A stretch of DNA of 64,000 bases, taken from positions 9,183 to 73,182 of the IMG/VR virus record IMGVR_UViG_3300037419_002279; one strand, given 5' to 3'. The position numbers and the translations under genes were made by a program. The notes under the pieces were generated by a model, which had not been told where the DNA came from, did not search any database, and saw only the letters and a program-made list of their open reading frames with translations. Below, one piece after another: positions 37,421 through 46,851 of the stretch (the stretch's first letter is position 1; each line of letters begins with the position of its first letter). Source of the stretch: a virus (Duplodnaviria > Caudoviricetes).

Positions 37421-38347
37421 CTAGATCGAGCGATCGTCAGTTGGCGTCCGCACCGGCGCCGGGCGGCTGAACGGCGGCGTTGGCGGCGCACTAGGGGCCG
37501 CAGATCCGGCAAACGGCTGTGTCGGCGGCGTAGCCGGGGCAACGGGCGGCTGTCGGCCGTAAGGCTGCGTCGCGAACTGCGTGCTATCGCGCATGCACGA
37601 CAGCATGCGCAAAACCGCGACCTGCGACCCGCTCATCTTCGCGATCCAGGGCGTTTCGGTCCCGTCGGGGAAGCTGACAACCATACTGTTCGCCTGGGCA
37701 AGGCGCGTCAGAAACCGCTGCGGCGTGTCGATATCGAGTTCAACAAGCCCACCCCCGTTCGGATGCGCTGTTCCGATGCCCTCCCAGGGAACGTCCTGAT
37801 CAAACTGCACCGTCATGTGCAGCCGTGTCCCGGCAGGAATGCGCCAGCTGTCTTTATGCAGGTGGATGACGAGGCTGTCGTCTTTCTTGAACCATTTGAC
37901 GATGAAGACCTTGTCGGGACCGGTGACCTTGACGCCGCACATCCAGGTGCCGTCGTTGACCGTGCCGGCAATGGTTGTCCATGCGCCGTACTGACTGATG
38001 GTGCGCACCTCGGCCCGGGCAGCGGGGATAAGCAAGCCGGCCGCCGCGACCGCCGCTAGGATCATGGATTTCATCGGCCGCGCCGCGCGCTGCGCCGCCG
38101 TCGGATAGGCATCGCCGATGCAGATCGCACCGCCCCGGGGATGGATGCCGTAGATGATCGCGCGCCGGCCGTGGGCGCCGTGTTCGGCGTTCATCCGATC
38201 AGCGATCTGCTGCGCCTGGTCGCGGGTCGCGGCGTCTTCGCGGATCACCTCGTAAGGTGACTTACGAAACCAGACGGAAAAAGCGGTGCATTCCGCAATG
38301 CGCTGTCGCTCGTAAGTATCGGCGGGATGTTCATGAGATCTAGGCAT
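37421..38347 (-). CDS. Hypothetical protein; appears to be two genes in one frame (second starts 38074 with a signal peptide)
   Basis: Internal MKSMILAAVAAAGLLIPAARA. Confidence 0.55.
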   Translation of the reverse strand: MPRSHEHPADTYERQRIAECTAFSVWFRKSPYEVIREDAATRDQAQQIADRMNAEHGAHGRRAIIYGIHPRGGAICIGDAYPTAAQRAARPMKSMILAAVAAAGLLIPAARAEVRTISQYGAWTTIAGTVNDGTWMCGVKVTGPDKVFIVKWFKKDDSLVIHLHKDSWRIPAGTRLHMTVQFDQDVPWEGIGTAHPNGGGLVELDIDTPQRFLTRLAQANSMVVSFPDGTETPWIAKMSGSQVAVLRMLSCMRDSTQFATQPYGRQPPVAPATPPTQPFAGSAAPSAPPTPPFSRPAPVRTPTDDRSI

Positions 38348-38366
38348 CGATCGGTGTCCTTCGTTT

Positions 38367-38403
38367 CTGTGCGTTACGCACAGTTCATGTAAACGATCTG
38401 TGC
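38367..38403. promoter_or_regulatory. Second CTGTGC-N5-GCACAG operator plus extra half-site
   Basis: CTGTGCGTTACGCACAG at 38367-38383, ATCTGTGC at 38396. Confidence 0.6.
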
Positions 38404-38489
38404 GCTAGGAGCAATTACTCATCGATATGAAGTAAACCATGAGGACAGATTTAATTTTTTCGCACGCCATACAGGGCGGACCGGATTAA

Positions 38490-38948
38490 ATGTCGGACGC
38501 CCCACGCGGACGCGGCCGCCCGCCGCATATCCCGACACCCGAACAGCGCCGGCTGGTGCAGGTGCTGCGCAGCAACGGCACCGCGCTGCGGGTCATCGCG
38601 CGCAACCTGTCCCTCGATGTGACGACGCTGCGCAAAGCCTACAAAGACGAATTGCGCGAAGGCCATGAATCCGTCGTCGCCGCCGTCGGCGCGGCGATCG
38701 TGCAGCAAGCGCTGAACGGCAATGTGCACGCGGCCAAGTACTGGCTGTCCACCCACGGCGGTCCGGAATGGAAAATCGTCGAGGGCCGTCAGATCGGCGG
38801 CATGCCCGGCGCTGATCCGATCCCGATCCAGCAATCAGGCGAATCGCGCGTCGTTATCGTGCTGCCGGATAACGGCCGCGACCGGGCGGCGATCGGCGAT
38901 GCGCTCGGCTTAGGCGACACCGCCGAGGGCCGGACATTGAATGACTAG
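38490..38948 (+). CDS. terS: Terminase small subunit
   Basis: GRPPHIPTPEQRRLV HTH; NVHAAKYWL; directly upstream of terL. Confidence 0.8.
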   Translation: MSDAPRGRGRPPHIPTPEQRRLVQVLRSNGTALRVIARNLSLDVTTLRKAYKDELREGHESVVAAVGAAIVQQALNGNVHAAKYWLSTHGGPEWKIVEGRQIGGMPGADPIPIQQSGESRVVIVLPDNGRDRAAIGDALGLGDTAEGRTLND

Positions 38949-40347
38949 GGAAATCCGGCCGAACCCCGGACCGCAATCGGATTTTCTGGCAAATGCCGCG
39001 GACCTGACGATTTTCGGCGGCGCGGCCGGCGGTGGAAAAACCTGGGCGCTGCTCCTCGAACCGCTGCGCCACGTCACCACAAACCCTGCTTTCGCCGCGG
39101 TCTGCTTCCGCCGCACGACGGTGCAGATCAGAAATCCCGGCGGGCTGTGGGATCAGTCAATGCGGCTATATCCGCTGATCGGCGGCATCCCGGCCGGACA
39201 GCCGCTCGAATGGCGCTGGAAAAACGGCGGGAAAATCAAATTCGCGCACCTCGAACACGAAAATAACAAACTCGACTGGCACGGCAGCGAAATCCCGCTG
39301 CTGCTGTTCGACGAACTGACGCATTTTACCGCCACGCAGTTTTGGTATTTGTTGAGCCGCAATCGCTCGATGTCCGGCGTCGCCGGCTATGTCCGCGCAT
39401 CCTGTAATGCCGACGCCGATAGCTGGGTCGCACAACTGATCGAATGGTGGATCGACCAGACGACGGGCCTGCCGATCCGCGAACGCTGCGGCGCGTTGCG
39501 CTGGTTTGTCCGCATATCCGACGAAATGATCTGGGCGGATGATCCGGACACGCTGCGCCGCGATTATCCGGGCTCGCTGCCGAAGTCGCTGACGTTTATT
39601 GCCGCGACCCTCGATGACAACCCCGCGCTAAATGCGGTCGATCCCGGCTACCGCGCGAACCTGATGGCGCTGCAACGCGTCGAGCGCGAACGGCTGCTCG
39701 GCGGCAATTGGCTGATCCGCGCGTCCGCCGGTAATTTCTTCCAGGCCGGCTGGTGCGAATTCATCGATGCGGCCCCCGCCGGGATGACCGAAGTGCGCGG
39801 ATGGGATTTAGCAGGCACGCGCGACGACGGCACGAATGACCCCGACTGGACGACCGGCACACGCATGGGCCGCACCCCTGACGGCCGCTACGTCGTGCTC
39901 GATCATGTCTGGATGCGCGGCACCCCGGGGCAGGTCGAACGGCTGATCTACAACACAGCGACTCAGGACGGGAAGAAGGTCGCGATCAGTCTGCCGAAGG
40001 ATCCCGGACAGGCCGGCGTCGCACAGGTCCTGGCGTTGACTAAGATGCTCGCCGGCTGGATCGTCAAATCGTCACCCGAGTCAGGCGATAAGGAAACGCG
40101 CTTTTCCCCGTTCAGCGCCCAGGCCGAGGCCGGCAATGTGCTGGTGCTGCGCGGGCCGTGGATCCAGCGCTGGATCAGGCAACTCGAAGGCTTTCCGGAG
40201 GCGCCGCATGATGACGATGCTGACAGCACCGCGCGCGCCTTCAACTTCCTTGCCGAGCGGCCGGCCGTGCGCCGCTTTTCCGATGCCGCCCTGCTGCGCG
40301 CGGCCCAGCGCCGCGACGGCGGCCCGGTTGTGAGCCGGCCGTTTTGA
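38941..40347 (+). CDS. terL: Terminase large subunit
   Basis: Walker A GGAAGGGKT, Walker B LLLFDE, nuclease GWDLA and HDDDADS. Confidence 0.95.
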   Translation: MTREIRPNPGPQSDFLANAADLTIFGGAAGGGKTWALLLEPLRHVTTNPAFAAVCFRRTTVQIRNPGGLWDQSMRLYPLIGGIPAGQPLEWRWKNGGKIKFAHLEHENNKLDWHGSEIPLLLFDELTHFTATQFWYLLSRNRSMSGVAGYVRASCNADADSWVAQLIEWWIDQTTGLPIRERCGALRWFVRISDEMIWADDPDTLRRDYPGSLPKSLTFIAATLDDNPALNAVDPGYRANLMALQRVERERLLGGNWLIRASAGNFFQAGWCEFIDAAPAGMTEVRGWDLAGTRDDGTNDPDWTTGTRMGRTPDGRYVVLDHVWMRGTPGQVERLIYNTATQDGKKVAISLPKDPGQAGVAQVLALTKMLAGWIVKSSPESGDKETRFSPFSAQAEAGNVLVLRGPWIQRWIRQLEGFPEAPHDDDADSTARAFNFLAERPAVRRFSDAALLRAAQRRDGGPVVSRPF

Positions 40348-42320
40348 TTTCCTGGGCAACGATCACCGCCGCGGCCAGCCTGCTGCTGGGGCGTACCGCG
40401 CCGCCCGCACCGGCCCCGGCCCCGGTGCCCGAGCCGCGCCGCATTCGCCACACAGCACCCGGCCCGTCGCGCCCGACCGTGACGCCCTGGCAGATCGCAG
40501 CACCCCCGCCCGGCGTCGTGCCCGAAGGGGCGGCGACGATGGCGCAGGACGATGCCCTGACCGGGCTGTATGCCTACGCGTCCGCGTCGAACGTCTGGGG
40601 CGAAGGGCTGCAATGGTTCGGCTATCCGTTCCTCGCCGAACTCGCGCAGCGTGCCGAATACCGGCAGATCAGCGAGACGCTTGCGAAGGAAATGACCCGC
40701 AAATGGATCACGATCCAGGCCACCGGGTCCGACGACGGCAAGGCCGATAAGGTCCGCGCGCTCGAGCTCGCCTTCAAGCGGCTGAAGGTCCAGCAGGCAT
40801 TCCGCCGTGCCGCCGAATTGGACGGATTATTCGGCCGGGCACAAATCTATATCGACACCGGCTGCACGGATGATCCGGACGAACTGCGCACGCGGCTGAC
40901 GCCGACGCCGGAAAAGATCAGCCGCGGCGGGCTGAAGGGCCTGCGCGTCGTCGAGCCGCTGTGGACCTATCCGACCGACTACAACAGCATCGACCCGCTG
41001 CGCCCGAATTACTTCGTCCCGCGCGCCTGGTTCGTGCAGGGCCGGCACATCGATGCGACACGGCTGCTGACCTTTGTCAGCCGCGAAATGCCCGACATGC
41101 TGAAGCCGGCCTATAGCTTCGGCGGCCTGTCGATGTCGCAACTCGCCTACCCGTATGTCGAAAATTGGCTCCGGACTCGGCAGTCCGTCAGCGACATGCT
41201 GCACACCTTCAGCGTCACCGGGCTGAAGACGAATATGCAGGTGATGACCGACGACGAGGTGTTTCAGAAGGCGCAGTTCTTCAACAATTTCCGCGACAAC
41301 CGCGGCCTGATGATGATCGACAAAGAGGCCGACGACTTCTTCAACATCAGTGCACCGTTGGGTGGGCTCGATCACCTGCAAGCGCAGGCGCAAGAGCAGA
41401 TGGCTTCGGTCGCGCGCATCCCGCTTGTCGTGCTGCTGGGCATCACGCCGTCGGGGCTGAACGCATCATCGGACGGCGAAATCCGCACCTTCTATGCGTG
41501 GATCGAGGCGCAGCAGGAAGCGCTGTTCGCCGACCATCTAAACACCGTCCTTAAATACGTGCAGCTATCCGAATTCGGCGAGGTCGATCCCGAGATCGGT
41601 TTCCGCTTCAACCCGTGCTGGACGCTGGACGAAGAAAAGCAGGCGACGGTGCGCAAGACGCAGGCCGACACCGCGGCCGTCTACATTCAAGCCGGGGTGT
41701 TGTCGCCGCACGAAGAGCGCGAACGGATCGCGCAGGACGAGGACAGCCCGTATGCCGCGCTGGATCTCGCCGATCGCGAAGACCCGACGCCGCCGGCTGA
41801 TCCGGCCGCTGAGGGCGATCCACTGTCCGAACCTGACAACGACAATCAGCCGCCGCCGGGACGTCCGGACCTGCCCCACCCCGCCGGGGTAGGCCGTCCG
41901 GATGTGGGCCGGCCTGGTGGCCCCGGGCGGCCGGCTGCCAGCCGCCCGGTCGGCCCCGGACGCCCGGACGTGGCCCGCGGTGCGCAGGACATCAGCCTGT
42001 GGGATCTCGACTGGCTGCTCGACAAATACGCCCATGTCTTTGGACAGCGCCCGTCCTGGGACATCCCGCCGCACGCCTATCCGCAGGCGGCGCTGGCGCT
42101 GACGCAGGCGATCGCCACCGGCGAGCCGGTCGATGACGACGCCGAATTCGACGACGCCGAGGCCGGGGGATTTGGTGAGGACGCCGGCTTCGAGGAAGCC
42201 GACCACCCCCGTGACCAGGGCGGCAAGTTCACCTCAGGCGCCGGATCGGGCGGCGGTTCGACAAAAGGTCCGACCGAAAAGGCTAAAGGTCGAACTAGCA
42301 TTCAGCGACGGCCGGCGTAG
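40344..42320 (+). CDS. Portal protein (DUF1073-type) with long C-terminal extension
   Basis: YPFLAELAQRAEYRQI, GLDHLQAQAQEQMASVARIPLVVLLGITPSGLNASS. Confidence 0.9.
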   Translation: MISWATITAAASLLLGRTAPPAPAPAPVPEPRRIRHTAPGPSRPTVTPWQIAAPPPGVVPEGAATMAQDDALTGLYAYASASNVWGEGLQWFGYPFLAELAQRAEYRQISETLAKEMTRKWITIQATGSDDGKADKVRALELAFKRLKVQQAFRRAAELDGLFGRAQIYIDTGCTDDPDELRTRLTPTPEKISRGGLKGLRVVEPLWTYPTDYNSIDPLRPNYFVPRAWFVQGRHIDATRLLTFVSREMPDMLKPAYSFGGLSMSQLAYPYVENWLRTRQSVSDMLHTFSVTGLKTNMQVMTDDEVFQKAQFFNNFRDNRGLMMIDKEADDFFNISAPLGGLDHLQAQAQEQMASVARIPLVVLLGITPSGLNASSDGEIRTFYAWIEAQQEALFADHLNTVLKYVQLSEFGEVDPEIGFRFNPCWTLDEEKQATVRKTQADTAAVYIQAGVLSPHEERERIAQDEDSPYAALDLADREDPTPPADPAAEGDPLSEPDNDNQPPPGRPDLPHPAGVGRPDVGRPGGPGRPAASRPVGPGRPDVARGAQDISLWDLDWLLDKYAHVFGQRPSWDIPPHAYPQAALALTQAIATGEPVDDDAEFDDAEAGGFGEDAGFEEADHPRDQGGKFTSGAGSGGGSTKGPTEKAKGRTSIQRRPA

Positions 42321-42364
42321 CCACCTTTAACAAGGGCACCGCACCGCCGGCCGAACTGAACGGT

Positions 42365-43663
42365 GTGCCCTTCAAGTCCTGGAAGCCCCCGCACAACGCG
42401 GCGGCGTGGAAGCTGCTCGCCCATGTCGGGCCGGCGTTCGACGAACCGCCGCTGCCGCCGGTGCCGAAGGGCATGAAGCAGGGCGCGGGCGTCATCGTCC
42501 GCGAGCCCGACGGCCGCATCTGGCTGATGCATCCGAAAAAGGGTTACGGCGGCTACAAGGCGACCTTCCCCAAGGGCACAGTCGAGTCCGACATCGGGCC
42601 GCGCGCAACCGCGATCAAAGAGGCCTACGAAGAAACCGGCCTGCATGTCCGCCTGACCGGCTACGCGGGCGATGTGAAGCGCACGACGTCGGTCGGCCGC
42701 TACTACTACGCCGAACGGGTCGGCGGCACGCCGGCCGATGCCGGCTGGGAAGCGTCCGGCGTCAGCCTGGCCGAACCGGACGCGCTGCATAAGCTGCTGA
42801 ACGCCCCGCACGATAAGGCGCTGGCGTCCGCGGTGACCGGCGGGGCGCCCCTGCCGCCGGTAGAGTCCGCACCCGACAAAGCGCCGACAAAAACCGACGA
42901 CGCGCCGACGAAAGCCGGCGGCGTTCCTGAAAAGGCCCCGGCAAATCCGACAAAGGCACAGGATGTTCCCGACATAAGCGCCTGGAAGAAGGTCGGCGCG
43001 CAACTCGGCTCGAACCCCGGCGGCACCTACACCGACCCGTCGGGCGCGAAGTGGTACGCGAAGCAGCAGAAGTCCGAACATCACGCGCGCAACGAGGCGC
43101 TCGCCTCGGCGCTGTATCAGGCCGCCGGTTCGCCCGTCGTCAACAGCAAGCTGGTCAAGTTCGGCGACACCTGGGGCACGGCGACGCCCTGGCTCGACGG
43201 CGAGAAGCACGACATCGGATCGAAGCCTTCGCAGGCGGATCGCGACGCCGCGGCGGAAGACTTCGCGACGCATGCCTGGCTGTCGAACCGCGACGCGGTC
43301 GGCCTCGATTATACGAACCAGGCGAAAATCGACGGCAAGATGCGCACGATGGACGTCGGCGGCGCGCTGGAATTCCGTGCGCAAGGCGGGAAGAAGCCCA
43401 GCTTCGGCGATACCGCGGACGAATGGGACAGCCTGCGCAACGCCGGGATCAACCCGCAGACGCATGCCGTCTACGGCGCGATGACGCCGGCACAACTGAA
43501 GGCCTCGGCCGCGAAGGTCGCAGCGGTCCCGGATCAGACAATCCGGACCCTGGTCGATCAGCATGGGCACGGCGACGCGGCGGCAAAGAAGGCGCTCGCC
43601 GAGAAGCTGATCGCGCGCAAGGCCGACATCGCGGCCCGGGCCGCCGCCCTGTCCGACAAATAG
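42365..43663 (+). CDS. NUDIX hydrolase + HipA/PI4K-like kinase domain (frame open from 42299)
   Basis: Nudix box PKGTVE...AIKEAYEETGL; kinase WYAK, RNEALA, WLSNRDAVG, MDVGG. Confidence 0.75.
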   Translation: MPFKSWKPPHNAAAWKLLAHVGPAFDEPPLPPVPKGMKQGAGVIVREPDGRIWLMHPKKGYGGYKATFPKGTVESDIGPRATAIKEAYEETGLHVRLTGYAGDVKRTTSVGRYYYAERVGGTPADAGWEASGVSLAEPDALHKLLNAPHDKALASAVTGGAPLPPVESAPDKAPTKTDDAPTKAGGVPEKAPANPTKAQDVPDISAWKKVGAQLGSNPGGTYTDPSGAKWYAKQQKSEHHARNEALASALYQAAGSPVVNSKLVKFGDTWGTATPWLDGEKHDIGSKPSQADRDAAAEDFATHAWLSNRDAVGLDYTNQAKIDGKMRTMDVGGALEFRAQGGKKPSFGDTADEWDSLRNAGINPQTHAVYGAMTPAQLKASAAKVAAVPDQTIRTLVDQHGHGDAAAKKALAEKLIARKADIAARAAALSDK

Positions 43664-43763
43664 TCGAACCGCGGAAGGGGAAGGTATGACCGATGCCCTG
43701 TTCCCGCGGGCCGGCACCTGCCGCCGTGCGATCCCCCGCCTGATCCTGCCCCGCCCCGGGCTG

Positions 43764-46520
43764 ATGGCGCGCGACGACTGGCAGGCGCACCTGCACCCGC
43801 GCGACGAGACGGGCAAGTTCACGTCCGGCCCCGGATCGCATGCAGAGTCGACGCCGAAGCATCCGGCCTGGATGGGCAAGACCGGCCAGGCGTTCTACGA
43901 CGAAGTCGTCAACGGCCTCGGCTCGAAGCATCACGACGAAATTGCCCAGGCGCTGAAGGACAAGGCCGCGACGCTGAAGGCCGGCGACTATTCGTCCTAT
44001 GCGAACAAGCTGCTGGCGCACGTCGAACAGGCGCACGGGCTGGAAAAGGGCAAGCTCGGCAAGGCAAAGCCGATGGGCAAGGCGGCCCCGCCGGCCGCGA
44101 AGGAACCGCCGGCACCGGCGCCCGAACCCGCGAAGGCACCCGACGTCGACGCCGAGTTCAAGTCGATGGTCGACGAAGCCCTGGCGACCGGAAGTCCGCA
44201 GCAGCACGCCGAATTCCTCGAAGGTCTGATCCCGCACACCGAAGGCGCGAAGAAGGCATACCTTGAGGGTCAGCTTGCTGATCTGAAGGGCAAGATCGCC
44301 GCCGGCACGGCGAAGGGCGAAGCGACCGAAGCGCCGCTATCGGCGGAAAAGGCCGCGCGCAAAGCCGAGATCGAAGCCGCCGAGGAACCGGCTGCACCGC
44401 CGCCGGAAATCGCAGCGCTGCCCGATCCGGCGACGAAGGTGCAGAAGAATATTCACGACCTGATGCAGTCCGACCTGCCGGTCGAGAGCATCAAGCAGAA
44501 GATCGCGAACATCGCCGAGGCGTCGCAGCACCCGCCGAACAAGGCGTATGCCGAACAGGCCCTGGCGCTGCTGGAACAACAGGCCGGCACAGCCGCGCCG
44601 TCGATGCAGGACGAAGCCTACGCCGAAGCGTCGAAGGCGCTCACGGAAAAGGGCAACATCGGCTTCTGGCTTGACCTGGCGAACAGCAACGGCGTCGATC
44701 CGGACGCCGCGGTCGGGATCAAGCAGGCGATCGCCGAATGGCAGGACGCCAATCCGCCCGACGACGATGAGCCCGCGTTCTTCGCGCCGGCGGAACCTGA
44801 AGCGCCCGAACCGGCGGCGCCGATGACGACCGAACAGGTCGACTCCCTCTATCCGGACGTGTCGGTCGACCTGAAAAGCGCATGGAATGAAGAGATCGCG
44901 AAGAACAAGAAAGGCGCGATCAAGGACCTTGAGAACGTCATCAAGCATTTTTCCGACAAAACGCCCGAGGCGGAAGTCTCGTGGATGAAGGACAAGGTCG
45001 CGGCGCTGAAGGGCGAAGGCACCGCGCCGGCCCCGCCGGCCGACACCGATCTTCCGAAGCCGGCGAACCCCGCGCAAGAAATCATGGCGTCGGCCCTGAC
45101 AAAGACCGGCGTCTTTGCGGACGCATCGCCCGAGACCACCGAGGCGGCGTTCCAGCAGTGGCTCGCCAGCCCGCACATGGCGCCGGAAGACAAGGAATAC
45201 GCGAAGAAGGTCATCGCGAAGATGGGCGCCGAGACCGGCGCCGCCCCGGCCGCCCCGGCGCCGATGACGTCAGAACAGGTCGACGCCGCGCATCCGGATG
45301 TCACGGAAACCCTGAAGAAGAACTGGAATCAGTCGATCGCGCAGGATCCGGCAGGGTCGGCGGCAACCTTGCAGAAATACCTAGAGGTCGGCGCCGGTCT
45401 GAGCCCGACGCTCAAAGCCTGGATGAAGGACAAGGTGGCAGCCCTGAACGCCGCCGGTCACGGCACTGCTGCCCCGGCCGAACCCCCGGCGCCACCGCCC
45501 GAGCCGCCGGTCAGCCTGCCCGCGCCGCACCCGTCGTCGAAGGGCCAGACCCTGGTGCACGGCATTGCATCCGGCGAAGGCAGCAAGGCCGACAAGATCG
45601 CCAAGATCAAGCAGGCGGTCGCCGACGACCCGCACCACTTCCCGGCCGGCGGCTACGCGAAGAAGTACGCCGATCAGCTTATCGCGGCCCTGGGCGGCGA
45701 CCAGACGGCGCAGCAGGCGGCGCCCAAGCCGGCCGCAGCCGCGGCACCGGCCGCGCCCGCAGCAAAGCCCGCAGCGGCCGACCCGGCGCTGCACACGGCC
45801 CCGGCCGGTTCGGCGACGCACGAGGACGATCACGCCGCGCCGATCCCGGCGTATTTCGTCAACCAGGGCATGAAGGCGAAAAGCCGGGTCAGCGCGCACG
45901 ACACGCTGAAGCGCATCCAGAACATCAAGGCGGTTGCCGCGAACGCAAAGACGGTCACGTCGATCACCACGGCGGCGGCGAAGAAGCTCTGCCCGACGGC
46001 GACATCGGCCTGGTGGAAGACAAACGCCGATGCCTCGGTGATCAGCGCAATCCAAAGCTACTCGGGTAGCGGCTACGGCACCATGAACGCGGTGCTGCGC
46101 GGCGACAGCAACGACCCGGCTGCGCTGGCGAAGATCAACCATATCGACGATATGTTCGAGCACGACGAGGCCGCCGTGACCGACGACGTGATCGTGCACC
46201 GCGGGGAAAATCTGACGGACGACACCGTCATTGCCAAATGGGAAGCGGCGCTGAAGGCCGGCAAGCCGGTGCGCGAGATCAAGCACGGCTTCACGTCCGC
46301 ATCCCTTGCCGATCACGCGGCCTTTTCCCACCACAACGTCCAGTATCAGATCACCGTCCGCAAAGGGTCGCGGATGCTGGGCATCGGCGTCAAAGGCGTC
46401 TCGGGTTACGGCTCGGACGAAAACGAAGTGCTGCTGCGCCACGGCCAGACGTTCGAAATCTACGACATCACACGAGCGAGCAACGGCCGCGTGTTCGTCA
46501 AGATGGCCGTCACAACTTAG
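43764..46520 (+). CDS. Large protein with C-terminal R-S-E ADP-ribosyltransferase (VIP2/C3/Alt-like)
   Basis: SYSGSGYGTMNAVLRG, VHRG, FTSAS, ENEVLL; alternative start at 43686. Confidence 0.85.
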   Translation: MARDDWQAHLHPRDETGKFTSGPGSHAESTPKHPAWMGKTGQAFYDEVVNGLGSKHHDEIAQALKDKAATLKAGDYSSYANKLLAHVEQAHGLEKGKLGKAKPMGKAAPPAAKEPPAPAPEPAKAPDVDAEFKSMVDEALATGSPQQHAEFLEGLIPHTEGAKKAYLEGQLADLKGKIAAGTAKGEATEAPLSAEKAARKAEIEAAEEPAAPPPEIAALPDPATKVQKNIHDLMQSDLPVESIKQKIANIAEASQHPPNKAYAEQALALLEQQAGTAAPSMQDEAYAEASKALTEKGNIGFWLDLANSNGVDPDAAVGIKQAIAEWQDANPPDDDEPAFFAPAEPEAPEPAAPMTTEQVDSLYPDVSVDLKSAWNEEIAKNKKGAIKDLENVIKHFSDKTPEAEVSWMKDKVAALKGEGTAPAPPADTDLPKPANPAQEIMASALTKTGVFADASPETTEAAFQQWLASPHMAPEDKEYAKKVIAKMGAETGAAPAAPAPMTSEQVDAAHPDVTETLKKNWNQSIAQDPAGSAATLQKYLEVGAGLSPTLKAWMKDKVAALNAAGHGTAAPAEPPAPPPEPPVSLPAPHPSSKGQTLVHGIASGEGSKADKIAKIKQAVADDPHHFPAGGYAKKYADQLIAALGGDQTAQQAAPKPAAAAAPAAPAAKPAAADPALHTAPAGSATHEDDHAAPIPAYFVNQGMKAKSRVSAHDTLKRIQNIKAVAANAKTVTSITTAAAKKLCPTATSAWWKTNADASVISAIQSYSGSGYGTMNAVLRGDSNDPAALAKINHIDDMFEHDEAAVTDDVIVHRGENLTDDTVIAKWEAALKAGKPVREIKHGFTSASLADHAAFSHHNVQYQITVRKGSRMLGIGVKGVSGYGSDENEVLLRHGQTFEIYDITRASNGRVFVKMAVTT

Positions 46521-46572
46521 GCTAGCTCCGATACCCGCGATTGCTATACAATCGCAACGGAAGGATTAGGAC

Positions 46573-46761
46573 ATGGCAAGGCAGCCCGACCCGGCTGACG
46601 ATCGACAGGACAGCCCCGGCGTCTTCATCGTCGGCGACGAAGTCATCTACGACGGTGAAGCCGACAAGCTCGGCCTGCCGAGCAAGGTAGGGCAGAAAAT
46701 CCCCCTGCCGGAAGGTTGGGATGACAGCCGGACCGACGACACCGGCGATGGCCGGGCCTGA
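46573..46761 (+). CDS. Small acidic protein
   Basis: AGGA RBS, follows the ART gene. Confidence 0.55.
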   Translation: MARQPDPADDRQDSPGVFIVGDEVIYDGEADKLGLPSKVGQKIPLPEGWDDSRTDDTGDGRA

Positions 46762-46851
46762 CTTCAGCCTCTGGCCGCTGGCCGTCATCCTGATCATCGC
46801 CGCAGCAGGTGGCGGCCTCGTTTTCCTGATCGCCCTGCGCGCCGGTGCAAT

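Noticed and set aside
40344-42320. Calling the DUF1073-type protein an anti-CBASS nuclease
   Set aside because: Position after terL and the sequence motifs indicate a portal; no 2H-phosphoesterase HxT motifs were recognised in the extension
42302-43879. 525 aa minus-strand ORF
   Set aside because: Shadow of the NUDIX-kinase gene in high-GC DNA; no motifs
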